Source of the DNA: Planctomycetota bacterium
Lineage (GTDB): Bacteria; Planctomycetota; UBA8108; SXIK01
Assembly (NCBI GenBank): GCA_965223265.1
Contig: OZ244999.1
Location: 8,160,001 to 8,224,000 of the forward strand
Length of the DNA stretch: 64,000 bases
Reading direction: 5' to 3'
Shown one piece after another: positions 39,708 through 49,573 of the stretch; the stretch's first letter is position 1, and the number at the start of each line of letters is the position of its first letter. Below the pieces are notes generated by a model. That model had not been told where the DNA came from, did no database searches, and saw only the letters and a list, made by a program, of their open reading frames with translations. The position numbers and the translations under genes were made by a program.

Positions 39708-40406
39708 ATGGTGAGAGCCAAACCAGAGACCTGCGACCTCGCCGCCCTACGGCTTGTCGCCGACGACGATCTGATCGAGCGCGTCCGATCGGGCGAGCTC
39801 GATCTCTTCGAGATCGTCATGCGTCGCTACAACCGTCGTATCTACAAGATTGCGCGGGCATTCGTGCGTAGCGACGTCGACGCCGAGGACGTGATGCAGG
39901 AGACCTACCTGAGAGCGTTCGCGAGCCTTGAGCAGTTCGCGGGGCGCTCGAGCTTTTCGACTTGGCTCATCCGCATTGCCATCAACGAGGCGCTGCGGCG
40001 GCGCCGACAGAACCAGAAGGTGACGCTGAAGTCTGACTTCGAAGAGCTCGGTGACCTCGCGGGTCTGCGTGGTTCGCCGAACGCTCTGCCTGAAGAGGGG
40101 GTGCTGCGCGCCGAGCTTCGCGGCCGCATCGATGCGGCGATCGAATCGCTGCCGATGCCCCACAGGGTCGTCTTCGTCATGCGCAGCGTAGAGGGTCTGA
40201 GCACGCGCCGCACGGCGCGTTTACTTCGCGTCAGCGAAGACGTCGTCAAAACCCGTCTTAGTCGGGCACGATCTCATCTGCGAAAGCAGCTCGAGCCTTA
40301 CACGCGGATCTCGAGCGCCGACGTTTTCTGGTTCCACCTCGTGCGCTGCAACCGCGTCGTCAGCGCCGTCCTGCGCCAGTTGCGAGAGGTCCGACAGTCG
40401 GGCTAG
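39708..40406 (+). CDS. ECF sigma-70 factor, ECF29-like C-terminal extension
   Basis: Region 2 (FEIVMRRYNRRIY, DAEDVMQETYLRAF, FSTWLIRIAINEAL) and region 4 (LPMPHRVVFVMRSVEGLS, VKTRLSRAR); tail FWFHLVRCNRVV resembles the RC(D/E) motif of ECF29. Confidence 0.9.
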   Translation: MVRAKPETCDLAALRLVADDDLIERVRSGELDLFEIVMRRYNRRIYKIARAFVRSDVDAEDVMQETYLRAFASLEQFAGRSSFSTWLIRIAINEALRRRRQNQKVTLKSDFEELGDLAGLRGSPNALPEEGVLRAELRGRIDAAIESLPMPHRVVFVMRSVEGLSTRRTARLLRVSEDVVKTRLSRARSHLRKQLEPYTRISSADVFWFHLVRCNRVVSAVLRQLREVRQSG

Positions 40407-40533
40407 AGAAAAGGCTGGACTTACAGCCCAGGAAGCGTTTTCGCGAGCGCGATCTGGCGCTAAAATAGGCTCTTGTACAAAGAGACACCCGGCGACGAGG
40501 TAATCGCCTACCAAAGCTTGGTCGAAGGATCGA

Positions 40534-43113
40534 ATGCCCATTCGCGATCACACGAGCGCACCGTCACGATTCGAACTGAGACGCGCGACGCGGCGAGTCG
40601 GCGTCATGCGAAGCGATGACTTGAGAAGAGTCAAGCTCGTTGCCGCAGCGCTGCTCCTCGAGCTGAGCGCCGGTGTCGAGCGCATAGAGGCTGACGAAGC
40701 GCAAAGGCACGGGGACGCCCCCATTCAGTTCAATCGCGACATCCGCCCACTGCTGTCGAACAACTGCTTTCAATGTCACGGCCCCGACGAGGGCGAGCGT
40801 CAAACCGACATGCGGCTTGATACGCGGCAGGGTCTTCTCGCCGCTACCACTGACGGTGAGGGCATCGTCGTGCCACGGAAACCTGAGAAAAGCGAACTCT
40901 TTCAGCGCGTCACTGCCGCAGATCCGAACGTGCGCATGCCGCCGCCGGATTCGGGAAAGGAGTTGACGCCGGCTGAAATCGCACGTCTTCGCCGCTGGAT
41001 CGCCAGCGGCGCCGAGGTGCAGGACCACTGGGCGTACCTGCCCGTCGTCCGACCGGCGCTGCCGACGGTGAACGATCCGGCCTGGGCGCGGGGCGCGATC
41101 GATCGCTTCGTACTCTCGCGGCTCGAGCTTGAGGCACTTGCGCCATCAGCGCCCGCAGTGCGGCGGACACTCGTGCGTCGGCTGACGTTCGACCTCACGG
41201 GACTGCCCCCGACTCTGGCGGAGGTGCGCGATTTTCTCAGTGACGACAGCCCGCACGCCTACGCGAAGGTGGTCGATCGCTTGCTCGCCTCGCCGCACTT
41301 CGGCGAGCGACTGGCGACACATTGGCTTGATCTTGTGCGTTACGCCGACTCCGTCGGCTATCACGGCGACCAACCGCACGCAGCGTCGCCCTACCGCGAT
41401 TACGTCATCAATGCGTTCAACGCCGACAAGCCTTTCGATGTGTTTACGATTGAGCAGCTCGCCGGAGACCTTGTCACGGCGCCGACGATCGAGCAGAGGA
41501 TTGCGTCGGGTTACAACCGCCTCATCATGACCACGGAGGAAGGCGGAGCGCAGCCGAAGGAGTATCTGGCAAAGTACAGTGCCGATCGTGTGCGAACCAC
41601 GGCGAGCGTCTGGCTCGGCTCGACGCTCGCCTGTGCCGAGTGCCACAACCACAAGTTCGATCCGTTCACGATGCGGGATTTCTACCGCTTCGCCGCGTTT
41701 TTCTCCGACCTCGATGAGCGCGGTGTCTACGGCGGTCGCGGCTATCGGCCGCCGGAGATCTTTGTGCCGACGCTAGAGCAAGCTCAGGAACTCGAAGCGC
41801 TGACCAGGGAACTGGAACACGCGACCGAGGCACTCCAGCGCTCGCTGCCGGAGAAAATGCCACCGGATTTGGAGCGCGTCTTTGCCCGCGCGGCGCATCG
41901 GCGTTCGTCGAAGCAGAGGCAGGCCGTTGAGCGTTTCTCGAGGGAGCTCCCGCCGGCAGCGGCCCAGCTGCTCGCGGCGCGTGAGGATGTCCTGACGCGA
42001 AAGCAAAAGCACGAGGAGATCATCCGCAAGTGTATGATTTCCGTGCGCGCCGAGACGCCGCGAATGACACGCGTTTTGCCGCGTGGGAATTGGCTGGATG
42101 AGAGCGGCGAGGTCGTGACGGCCGCGGTGCCGAGTTTTCTCGGTCGCCTCGATCTTGGCGGTCGCCAAGCGACGCGACTTGACCTGGCGCGTTGGCTGGT
42201 TGCCGATGACCAACCACTCACCGCTCGCGTTGTCGTCAATCGTCTGTGGAAACTGTTCTTCGGGAATGGACTCTCGAGCGTTCTTGACGATCTCGGGGCG
42301 CAAGGCGAATGGCCGACCCATCCGGAGCTGCTCGACTGGCTCGCCGCCGAGTTTGTGGCGAGCGGCTGGGATCTCAAGCACATGATCCGCCTCATGGTGC
42401 ACTCGGCGACCTATCGGCAGTCGTCGATACCGCGGCCCGATCTTCTCGCGCGCGATCCGTTCAACCGGCTGTATGCCCGGCAATCGCGCTGGCGTCTCGA
42501 GGCTGAGTCGATCCGCGACACGGCGCTCGACGTCAGTGGACTCCTTGCCCGGCGTTTAGGCGGCGCTGGTGCCAAGCCCTATCAACCGCAGGGCTACTAC
42601 GCACATCTCAATTTTCCCACGCGCGTCTACGAGTCGGATCGAGGTGCCAATCAGTACCGCCGCGGCGTGTACACCCACTGGCAGAGGACGTTTCTTCATC
42701 CCATGCTGCTCGCGTTCGATGCCCCGGCGCGCGAAGAGTGCACGGCCACACGGCCAATCTCTAACACGCCGAAGGCCGCGCTTGTACTTTTGAACGATCC
42801 TTCCTTCGTCGAGGCGGCTCGTGTGTTCGCAGCAAGGATCCTGGCGCGACCCGCGGACGACGCCAAGGCACGGATTCGATGGGCGTGGGAGCGCACGTTG
42901 GCCCGGCCGCCCAGCGCGCACGAGTTGGAGCTGATCGGGACGCTGTACGAGCGCCATCGGAGACACTACGAGGCCCATCCCGAGGCGGCGCAGCAGCTGG
43001 TGAGCGTCGGGCTCGCGGCGCTGCAGGAGTCCACCGACTCTGGCGAGCTGGCGGCGTGGACGTCAGTGGCACGCGCCCTATTCAATTTGAGTGAGACGAT
43101 CACGCGCAACTAG
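40534..43113 (+). CDS. Planctomycete cytochrome c (PSCyt1) / DUF1549 / DUF1553 (PSD1) domain protein
   Basis: FNRDIRPLLSNNCFQCHGPD, HWAY, IDRF, FGERLATHWLD, CAECHNHKFDP, PTHPELLDWLA, RLEAESIRD, ETITRN. Start may be 40606. Confidence 0.93.
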   Translation: MPIRDHTSAPSRFELRRATRRVGVMRSDDLRRVKLVAAALLLELSAGVERIEADEAQRHGDAPIQFNRDIRPLLSNNCFQCHGPDEGERQTDMRLDTRQGLLAATTDGEGIVVPRKPEKSELFQRVTAADPNVRMPPPDSGKELTPAEIARLRRWIASGAEVQDHWAYLPVVRPALPTVNDPAWARGAIDRFVLSRLELEALAPSAPAVRRTLVRRLTFDLTGLPPTLAEVRDFLSDDSPHAYAKVVDRLLASPHFGERLATHWLDLVRYADSVGYHGDQPHAASPYRDYVINAFNADKPFDVFTIEQLAGDLVTAPTIEQRIASGYNRLIMTTEEGGAQPKEYLAKYSADRVRTTASVWLGSTLACAECHNHKFDPFTMRDFYRFAAFFSDLDERGVYGGRGYRPPEIFVPTLEQAQELEALTRELEHATEALQRSLPEKMPPDLERVFARAAHRRSSKQRQAVERFSRELPPAAAQLLAAREDVLTRKQKHEEIIRKCMISVRAETPRMTRVLPRGNWLDESGEVVTAAVPSFLGRLDLGGRQATRLDLARWLVADDQPLTARVVVNRLWKLFFGNGLSSVLDDLGAQGEWPTHPELLDWLAAEFVASGWDLKHMIRLMVHSATYRQSSIPRPDLLARDPFNRLYARQSRWRLEAESIRDTALDVSGLLARRLGGAGAKPYQPQGYYAHLNFPTRVYESDRGANQYRRGVYTHWQRTFLHPMLLAFDAPAREECTATRPISNTPKAALVLLNDPSFVEAARVFAARILARPADDAKARIRWAWERTLARPPSAHELELIGTLYERHRRHYEAHPEAAQQLVSVGLAALQESTDSGELAAWTSVARALFNLSETITRN

Positions 43114-43207
43114 ACCTAGCCTGGCCTCGAGTTTGGCCATTTCGCGCCGGCCTGGCTGGACGCGTTTGCCGGGATTCGACGGCCTTTTGGACCAAGGACG
43201 CCTTTCG

Positions 43208-44650
43208 ATGTTCGAAACTGCAACGACGCCTCTTCAAGCCGCGCAGGTAGCCCTCAGCCGGCGCTCCTTTCTGCGAGGCGGCGCGAACCTCGGCGCTCTG
43301 GCGCTCGCGGGGCTTCTGCGTCCCGGCATCTTCGCCGCTGCGCCGGGGTCGCCAATTCACCAGCGGCAACTCGACTTCGCACCACGTGCGAAACGAGTGA
43401 TCTTTCTCTGCATGGCCGGCGGACCGTCGCACTTGGAGACGTTCGACTACAAGCCGACCCTCGACCGCATGCATGGCCAGCCGATGCCGGAGTCCATCAC
43501 GGCCGGACAGCCGATCGCGCAGCTCCAAGGCGAGAAACTTCGGTGTCAGGGACACATGCTTGAATTCGTACGCTGTGGGCGCTCCGGCCAACTGATGACG
43601 GAAGTTTTTCCGCACATGGCAAGTATCGCCGACGACATCTGCATCGTACGGTCGATGCAGACCGACCAGATCAACCACGATCCGGCGCACACGGTGATGA
43701 ATACCGGCACGTCGATCTCGGGTCGCCCGAGCATGGGTTCGTGGGTGACGTATGGACTCGGTAGCGAGAGCGAAGACTTACCTGGTTTCGTCGTGCTCAC
43801 TTCAAAAGGTGGACGCAATCCACAGCCGATCGCGACGCGACAGTGGCATAGCGGCTTCCTGCCCGGTAGCTTCCAGGGTGTGGAGTTTTTGTCCAGTGGC
43901 GACCCGGTCCACTACCTTGGCAACCCCGGCGGCGTCGACCGGCAGCGCCAGGAAGAGCTCGTGCGGACCGTGCAAGAGCTCAATCGCGAGCGCGATCGCG
44001 TCGTGCGCAATCCAGAGATTGCGACGCGCATTCGGCAGTACGAGCTCGCGTTTCGCATGCAGATGAGTGTGCCCGAGCTGATGGACCTGTCGAACGAACC
44101 GCAGAGCGTTCTCGAGATGTACGGCACTCAAGGAGCCGACGGTACCTTTGCGGCGAACTGTCTGCTCGCGCGGCGGCTCGCCGAGCGCGGCGTGCGATTC
44201 ATCCACCTCTATCACCGCGGTTGGGATCATCACAATGATCTCGTGCGCTACATGAAGATCTGTTCAGGCCACGTCGATCAGGCGACCGCGGCGCTGGTAA
44301 CCGATCTGAAGCAGCGCGGCATGCTCGACGACACGCTGATCATATGGGGCGGCGAGTTTGGGCGCACGCCGATGGCGCAGCTCAACAAGGGGAACGTCGG
44401 GAGGGATCATCACATCCGCGCCTTCAGCATGTGGATGGCAGGCGCCGGGATCCGTGGCGGCATGACCTACGGCGCGACCGATGATCTCGGATACACGTCC
44501 GTCGAGAACGTTGTGCACGTGCACGATTTGCACGCGACGATGCTTTATCTGCTCGGACTCAATCACGAGAAGTTGACGTTCCGCTTCCAGGGCCGCGATT
44601 TCCGTCTCACGGACGTCAGCGGGCGAGTCGTCAGCGACATCGTTAGCTGA
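43208..44650 (+). CDS. DUF1501 family protein (Tat-exported)
   Basis: SRRSFL Tat motif; AKRVIFLCMAGGPSHLETFDYKP, ARRLAERGVRFI, WDHH, GEFGRTP, GRDHH, RLTDVSG. Confidence 0.94.
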   Translation: MFETATTPLQAAQVALSRRSFLRGGANLGALALAGLLRPGIFAAAPGSPIHQRQLDFAPRAKRVIFLCMAGGPSHLETFDYKPTLDRMHGQPMPESITAGQPIAQLQGEKLRCQGHMLEFVRCGRSGQLMTEVFPHMASIADDICIVRSMQTDQINHDPAHTVMNTGTSISGRPSMGSWVTYGLGSESEDLPGFVVLTSKGGRNPQPIATRQWHSGFLPGSFQGVEFLSSGDPVHYLGNPGGVDRQRQEELVRTVQELNRERDRVVRNPEIATRIRQYELAFRMQMSVPELMDLSNEPQSVLEMYGTQGADGTFAANCLLARRLAERGVRFIHLYHRGWDHHNDLVRYMKICSGHVDQATAALVTDLKQRGMLDDTLIIWGGEFGRTPMAQLNKGNVGRDHHIRAFSMWMAGAGIRGGMTYGATDDLGYTSVENVVHVHDLHATMLYLLGLNHEKLTFRFQGRDFRLTDVSGRVVSDIVS

Positions 44651-44797
44651 ACTGATCGCGGCGCCCTCGATACTCGTACACATCTGAGCTCGTGCCCCGT
44701 AGCCGACTCGATCTCCTTGCCTCTGTTTCCGCGTCTGCATCCACCTCTTCCACCGCCGCCTCGCGTGATCGACGCGCGGCGTTCGCTGCCGGAATCC

Positions 44798-45532
44798 TTA
44801 TTGCTGCCCCGGTTCGTCGTCGTGCGCATTCGATGACGCCGTGAGTTTGATGAGCGCGTCGGCATCGACCGAGGTGAGGTCGTCGACGGCGCCGTGGGCG
44901 CCGGCGGCGAGGAGCGCTTCGGCGCTGTGGCGGCCGGTGCCGACACCGAGGACTCGACAGCCGCTGGCGAGCGCGCAGTCGACGTCCCGCGGCGTGTCGC
45001 CGATGATGAGCGTCGCCTCTGCCGTCACTTGCGCGTCGAAGCGCGTCGAGTATCGCTGCCAGGCGAGTGGGACGAGTTCGCGCCGCGTTGCCGCTTCGTC
45101 CCCGAACGCGCCGACGTGAAAGAGATTCCAATCGAATCCCGCGACGCTCAGCTTCATGCGCGCGGCGTCTTCGTAGTTGCCGGTGAGAAGGCCGAGAACG
45201 ACTCCATCGCGGGCAGCGAGCTCGGTCAACAACCTTTTGACACCTGGCATGACTGTCATGCGCTCGGGAAAGCGAGCCAGCTCCTCCTGCAAGTGCTCTA
45301 CGTACACCTCGCGAAAGCGTCGATGCTCGCGAGCGCTCGGCGGACCGGCGCCGCTCTGCTCGAGGGCGGCTCGAAAGATGAGTGGATCGAGGCTGCCCCC
45401 CGGATCGATCCCGTCCCAGCGGATCGGCTCCTCGTAGAGCTGTTCGGCGGCGCGTGCCATGGCGCGGAAGCCCGCACCGCCAGAGAGCAAGATCGTGCCG
45501 TCGATGTCGAAGAGCAGCAGACGTTCGGACAT
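44798..45532 (-). CDS. HAD-family hydrolase (phosphoglycolate phosphatase-like)
   Basis: LLFDIDGTI, LLTGN, IIGDTPRDV motifs. Confidence 0.92.
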   Translation of the reverse strand: MSERLLLFDIDGTILLSGGAGFRAMARAAEQLYEEPIRWDGIDPGGSLDPLIFRAALEQSGAGPPSAREHRRFREVYVEHLQEELARFPERMTVMPGVKRLLTELAARDGVVLGLLTGNYEDAARMKLSVAGFDWNLFHVGAFGDEAATRRELVPLAWQRYSTRFDAQVTAEATLIIGDTPRDVDCALASGCRVLGVGTGRHSAEALLAAGAHGAVDDLTSVDADALIKLTASSNAHDDEPGQQ

Positions 45533-45795
45533 GAAAGGGTGGTCGAGATGAAAGAGAGATGGACCGTGGCGATTAGTGTCGGACTACACCCGTGCACTTG
45601 CAGCGCCGCGGCGCGAACGGTTAACCTAGAAGGCGATTAGTTTAGAGGGAGTCAGGCACGAACTGAACCGCCCGCAGGTACGTTGTCACTGTTTTTTCCC
45701 TGGCGCGGCTGCCGACTTGATCGTGGCGTTAGTGCCGAAGCTGAGGCACCGCGCAGCAAGTGATCCCGTGGCAGACCCCGATGAAAGGACCTCGC

Positions 45796-46356
45796 ATGCC
45801 CAAAGTTCTGCTACCGATTGGCGACGCCACGGAAGTGCTCGACACGATGTATCCCGTATTTCGCCTGCCGGAGGATGACTTCGACGTCGTGGTCGCCGGG
45901 CCGGAGGCGCGACGCTATCACATGGTGCTGCACGAGATTCCGCCTGGATGGGACATCACCGAGGAGCGACCAGGCTACCACATTGACGCCACCGTCGCGT
46001 TTCGTGACGTCGACCCGAACGAGTACGCCGGGCTCTTCGTTTCCGGCGGGCGGGCGCCCGAGTACTTGCGTTACGATGAGGACCTTTTGCGGCTGACGCG
46101 ACATTTTTTCGACGCGGGGAAGCCTGTCGCCGCGGTGTGCCACGGGATCGAAATCATCACCGCAGCTGACTGCATCCGTGGCCGCACCGTGACAACGGTC
46201 GCGAAGTGCAAACTCGATTGTCTCCAGGGCCAGGCGGAGTACGTCGACGAGGCGGTAGTCGTCGACGGCAATCTGGTGACGGCGCGAACGTGGCACGACA
46301 ACACACCATTTCTGAAGGAGTTTGTCGCCATGCTCAAGCGTTCCGTTGCGAGCTGA
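45796..46356 (+). CDS. DJ-1/PfpI family protein
   Basis: TE, GGRAPEYLR, AVCHG (nucleophile Cys), VVDGNLVTAR; start after the AAGGA RBS. Confidence 0.92.
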   Translation: MPKVLLPIGDATEVLDTMYPVFRLPEDDFDVVVAGPEARRYHMVLHEIPPGWDITEERPGYHIDATVAFRDVDPNEYAGLFVSGGRAPEYLRYDEDLLRLTRHFFDAGKPVAAVCHGIEIITAADCIRGRTVTTVAKCKLDCLQGQAEYVDEAVVVDGNLVTARTWHDNTPFLKEFVAMLKRSVAS

Positions 46357-46408
46357 ACGTCGGCAGGCGCGAGCCAGAGCGGTGGAACAAATCGGAACGA
46401 GAGATGCC

Positions 46409-46684
46409 GTGCCACGCGTACGCTTTACAGGTCATTTGAAGCGGTTCTTTCCTGGGCTCCAGGAGCTCCAGGTCGACGCCGATACGGTGCGAGCTGTCGT
46501 TGCTGCCGTCGACCTTCAGCATCCAGGGTTGGCATCCTATCTCGTTGATGAGCGCGGCGCACTGCGCAAGCACGTGAACATCTTCGTCGCGAGCGAAATG
46601 GTCACCGATCGCGTCATGCTGGCAGATCCTGTCGGCGCGGACGACGATGTTTTCATCGCGCAAGCTCTTTCCGGTGGAACTTAG
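46409..46684 (+). CDS. MoaD/ThiS-family ubiquitin-like protein
   Basis: VRFTGHLKRFFP...TVRAVV..VD..HPGL..YLVDERGALRKHVNIFV...QALSGGT; beta-grasp pattern. Confidence 0.9.
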   Translation: MPRVRFTGHLKRFFPGLQELQVDADTVRAVVAAVDLQHPGLASYLVDERGALRKHVNIFVASEMVTDRVMLADPVGADDDVFIAQALSGGT

Positions 46685-46750
46685 CGCCAGCAGGCCGTGT
46701 TCAATGCGCGCTCGCAATCCCCATGCAGCGCGAGCTTTGTGGAGGAACGA

Positions 46751-47839
46751 ATGAGCGACGCAACACGATTACTTGTTTCGACGCGCAAGGGATTGGTGAT
46801 TTACGAACGTCGTGGTGACGCCTGGCGGTTCGCGCTCGAGGCTCACTTGGGCATTCCTGTGGCGTACTCCACGCTCGACGCGCGTTCCGGCGTTCTATGG
46901 GCGTGTCTGGACCACGGCCACTGGGGACAAAAACTCCAGCGTTCCCGAGATGGAGGTCAAGAGTGGGAGGAGGTCGTCGCACCGGCCTACCCGGAGGGCG
47001 CGGAGATCAAGCCTGGCGAGCCTGCGACGCTCAAGTATCTTTGGGTCCTGCAGCCAGATGCGACGAGCGGCGGCCAGCGTCTCTACATCGGGACGGAACC
47101 AGGGGGGCTCTTTCGCAGCGACGACGGCGGGGAGCAATTTCAGCTTGTCAGCTCGCTGTGGAACCATCCTTCACGGGTTGGTAGCTGGTTCGGTGGGGGA
47201 CGTGACCACGCCGGGATCCATTCGGTGGTGATCGATCCACGTCAGCCAGAGCGTGTTCTGGTCGGCGTGAGTTGTGCGGGCGTGTTCGAAACGACCGACG
47301 GCTGCAAGTCGTGGACGCCGCGCAATCGCGGCGTCACCGCGCCGTTTTTGCCTGACCCTGACGTCGACGTGGGGCACGATCCCCACTTGCTGGTAGCCTG
47401 CCCGGCACAGCCGGACATTCTTTGGCAGCAGAACCATTGCGGCATCTTCCGCAGCACCGACGGGGCGAAGAGCTGGAGCGAAGTCAGCGAAGAGGGCGGA
47501 CCCGCACGCTTCGGATTCGCGGTGGCGGTCGACGCTGAAGATGGCGACACCGCATGGGTGGTTCCGGCGCTCAGCGACGAGCGGCGCGTTGCGATCGACG
47601 GCGCGCTCTGCGTCTGTCGCACGAATGACGGAGGTCAGTCATGGCAATCGCTTCGGCGCGGACTGCCGCAAGAGTGTTGCTATGACATCGTGCTACGACA
47701 CTCTCTCGACGTCTCCGGCGACACGATGGCGTTCGCCACCACGACCGGGAACCTGTTCGTCTCGTCGGACGGCGGCGAGTCGTGGCAGTGTCTGAGCCAT
47801 CATTTGGCTCCCGTCTACGCCGTGCGCTTCGCCGTGTGA
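46751..47839 (+). CDS. BNR/Asp-box repeat beta-propeller protein (usually labelled sialidase/glycosyl hydrolase-like)
   Basis: Six Asp-box motifs (RSRDGGQEW, RSDDGGEQF, TTDGCKSW, RSTDGAKSW, RTNDGGQSW, SSDGGESW); GGAGGA RBS; no signal peptide. Confidence 0.88.
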   Translation: MSDATRLLVSTRKGLVIYERRGDAWRFALEAHLGIPVAYSTLDARSGVLWACLDHGHWGQKLQRSRDGGQEWEEVVAPAYPEGAEIKPGEPATLKYLWVLQPDATSGGQRLYIGTEPGGLFRSDDGGEQFQLVSSLWNHPSRVGSWFGGGRDHAGIHSVVIDPRQPERVLVGVSCAGVFETTDGCKSWTPRNRGVTAPFLPDPDVDVGHDPHLLVACPAQPDILWQQNHCGIFRSTDGAKSWSEVSEEGGPARFGFAVAVDAEDGDTAWVVPALSDERRVAIDGALCVCRTNDGGQSWQSLRRGLPQECCYDIVLRHSLDVSGDTMAFATTTGNLFVSSDGGESWQCLSHHLAPVYAVRFAV

Positions 47840-48062
47840 GTAAGGAGTGTGAACACCGGCGGCTTGCCAGTCGGCGAGAGGCAGATTCCTTCACACGTTG
47901 GGAACGTGCCGCGCCTTGGGTTTGAAGTCTCAGAGTACGTCGCGCAGGGACGCGAATTTGCGTGAAAACCACGCCCTTGCATTCGTTTGCTGACCTGCAA
48001 TAATCTCGCGCTGAGCCTTCGCGACTTCCATGTCGGCGTGAGAAGAGGGTCTGAGTTTCAGC

Positions 48063-48665
48063 ATGTCGCCCCAAACCGACCAATCCGGCACGACCTCGAC
48101 GTCGCGGTTGGGTCGCGTCGTCATCATGGTGATCGCGATCTCGGCGATCTGGCTTGCCTTTTCCGGCAAACTGGATCTGCTACACCTCTCCTTCGGGGCG
48201 CTTTCGGTCGCCTTCACTCTCGCCATGTGTTGGCACCTGCTCGTACCGCCTGCAGATTCGCAGCGGAGCGACTCACAGAGATTTCGCTGGAGTAAGGCGG
48301 CCGGTTATCCGATCTGGCTGACTTGGCAAATCATGCTGGCCAATGTTCATGTCGCGCGCTTGATCTTGAGTCCACGGTTGAGCCTTGAACCCGTCGTCTT
48401 ACGCTTCAGCTTCCCCGTCGACTCAGCGGTCGCGAAAGCGACGCTGGGAAACAGCATCACACTCACCCCCGGTACGTTCACCGTTCGCATTCACGGTGAT
48501 GAGTTTGTCGTTCATTCGCTCGACAAAGCGTCGGCCGCGTCGCTCTACGACGGCACGATGCAGCGTCGAGTCGCCGAGGTTTTTGGGTGGACATTGGCGA
48601 CGGCTCCGACAGTAACTACGGAGCAGGGTTTCGAAAAGATCGACGACGTGGACGGAGAGTTCTGA
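48063..48665 (+). CDS. mrpE: Mrp Na+/H+ antiporter subunit E
   Basis: IMLANVHVARLILSP, LGNSITLTPGT, VHSLD. Confidence 0.92.
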   Translation: MSPQTDQSGTTSTSRLGRVVIMVIAISAIWLAFSGKLDLLHLSFGALSVAFTLAMCWHLLVPPADSQRSDSQRFRWSKAAGYPIWLTWQIMLANVHVARLILSPRLSLEPVVLRFSFPVDSAVAKATLGNSITLTPGTFTVRIHGDEFVVHSLDKASAASLYDGTMQRRVAEVFGWTLATAPTVTTEQGFEKIDDVDGEF

Positions 48666-48666
48666 C

Positions 48667-48945
48667 GTGCTCGACAACATTCTTCTGGTGCTGTCGCTCG
48701 TGTTGGTTCTGGCGCTGTTGTTGCCGTTCTATCGCGTGCTCAAAGGGCCGACCGTCTTCGATCGGATGCTCGGTGTCGGCATGATCGGCACGAAGACCGT
48801 GATGCTGATCTGCCTCGCGGGTTTCCTTTATCAGCGCCGCATTGATATGTTCATCGACATCGCCCTGGCGTATGCGCTGCTCAACTTCATCGGCGCCATC
48901 GTCGTCGCGAAGTACGTCGACCGTACACGAGGGGAGGCCCGTTGA
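48667..48945 (+). CDS. mrpF: Mrp antiporter subunit F
   Basis: RVLKGPTVFDR, IDIALAYALLNFIG. Confidence 0.93.
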   Translation: MLDNILLVLSLVLVLALLLPFYRVLKGPTVFDRMLGVGMIGTKTVMLICLAGFLYQRRIDMFIDIALAYALLNFIGAIVVAKYVDRTRGEAR

Positions 48946-49334
48946 CTTCACCGCTTGAGTGGATCGGGGCTTTTCTCGTCGCGTCTGGCGTCGCCTTTTC
49001 GCTTGTCGGCAGCGTTGGTTTGAATCGTCTCCCCGATTTTTATACGCGCGCCCACGCCGCGACGAAGCCGGACACGCTTGGTTTGTTTCTATGTATGTCG
49101 GGGCTTGTGTTCTTGAACCTTGTCGACTTCGAGCTGCCGCGCGTCGTTGTCATCGCCAAGTTGATTGTCATCGTCATCGTCGTTGCCGTCGCCAATCCCG
49201 CCGCTGCACACGCACTGGGACGCTCTGCGCTGCGCACTGGCGTGCAGCCTTGGTGCGGGGGCCTGGGTGATCGACCGGGCGGAGAAGGCGAACACGACGA
49301 GGCTGAGCGCGATCGCTCGGAGGAGCCGGTATGA
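48942..49334 (+). CDS. mrpG: Mrp antiporter subunit G
   Basis: GLNRLPDFYTRAHAATKPDTLG, NPAAAHALGR. Confidence 0.93.
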   Translation: MTSPLEWIGAFLVASGVAFSLVGSVGLNRLPDFYTRAHAATKPDTLGLFLCMSGLVFLNLVDFELPRVVVIAKLIVIVIVVAVANPAAAHALGRSALRTGVQPWCGGLGDRPGGEGEHDEAERDRSEEPV

Positions 49335-49573
49335 GTTTTCTCCTTTTCGTGCTGTTTCTACTCGCGATCGTCGCCGCTCTCGTGGCTCTTCAGGTCAAAG
49401 ATCTCATCGCTGCCTCGGCGCTCCTTTCCGCATTCAGCTTCACGGTTGCTCTTCTGTACATCGCGCTGGGTGCTGTAGACGTCGGCTTCAACGAAGCGGT
49501 GCTCGGCGCCGGGGTCACCGGGCTCTTCTTTCTGGCGGCGGTCTATCACACGCGAAGGAGATCCCTCGATTGA
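49331..49573 (+). CDS. Mrp subunit B-related small protein (DUF4040 / MbhD-like)
   Basis: 80 aa, 3 TM; KDL..S..L...S...ALLY..LGAVDVGFNEAVLGAG. Confidence 0.85.
   Translation: MSFLLFVLFLLAIVAALVALQVKDLIAASALLSAFSFTVALLYIALGAVDVGFNEAVLGAGVTGLFFLAAVYHTRRRSLD

Noticed and set aside
47840-48062. Na+-sensing riboswitch upstream of mrp
   Set aside because: Only short dyads (CACGTT-GGG-AACGTG, ACGCGAATTTGCGT); I could not recognise a known riboswitch consensus. An Infernal/Rfam scan would decide.
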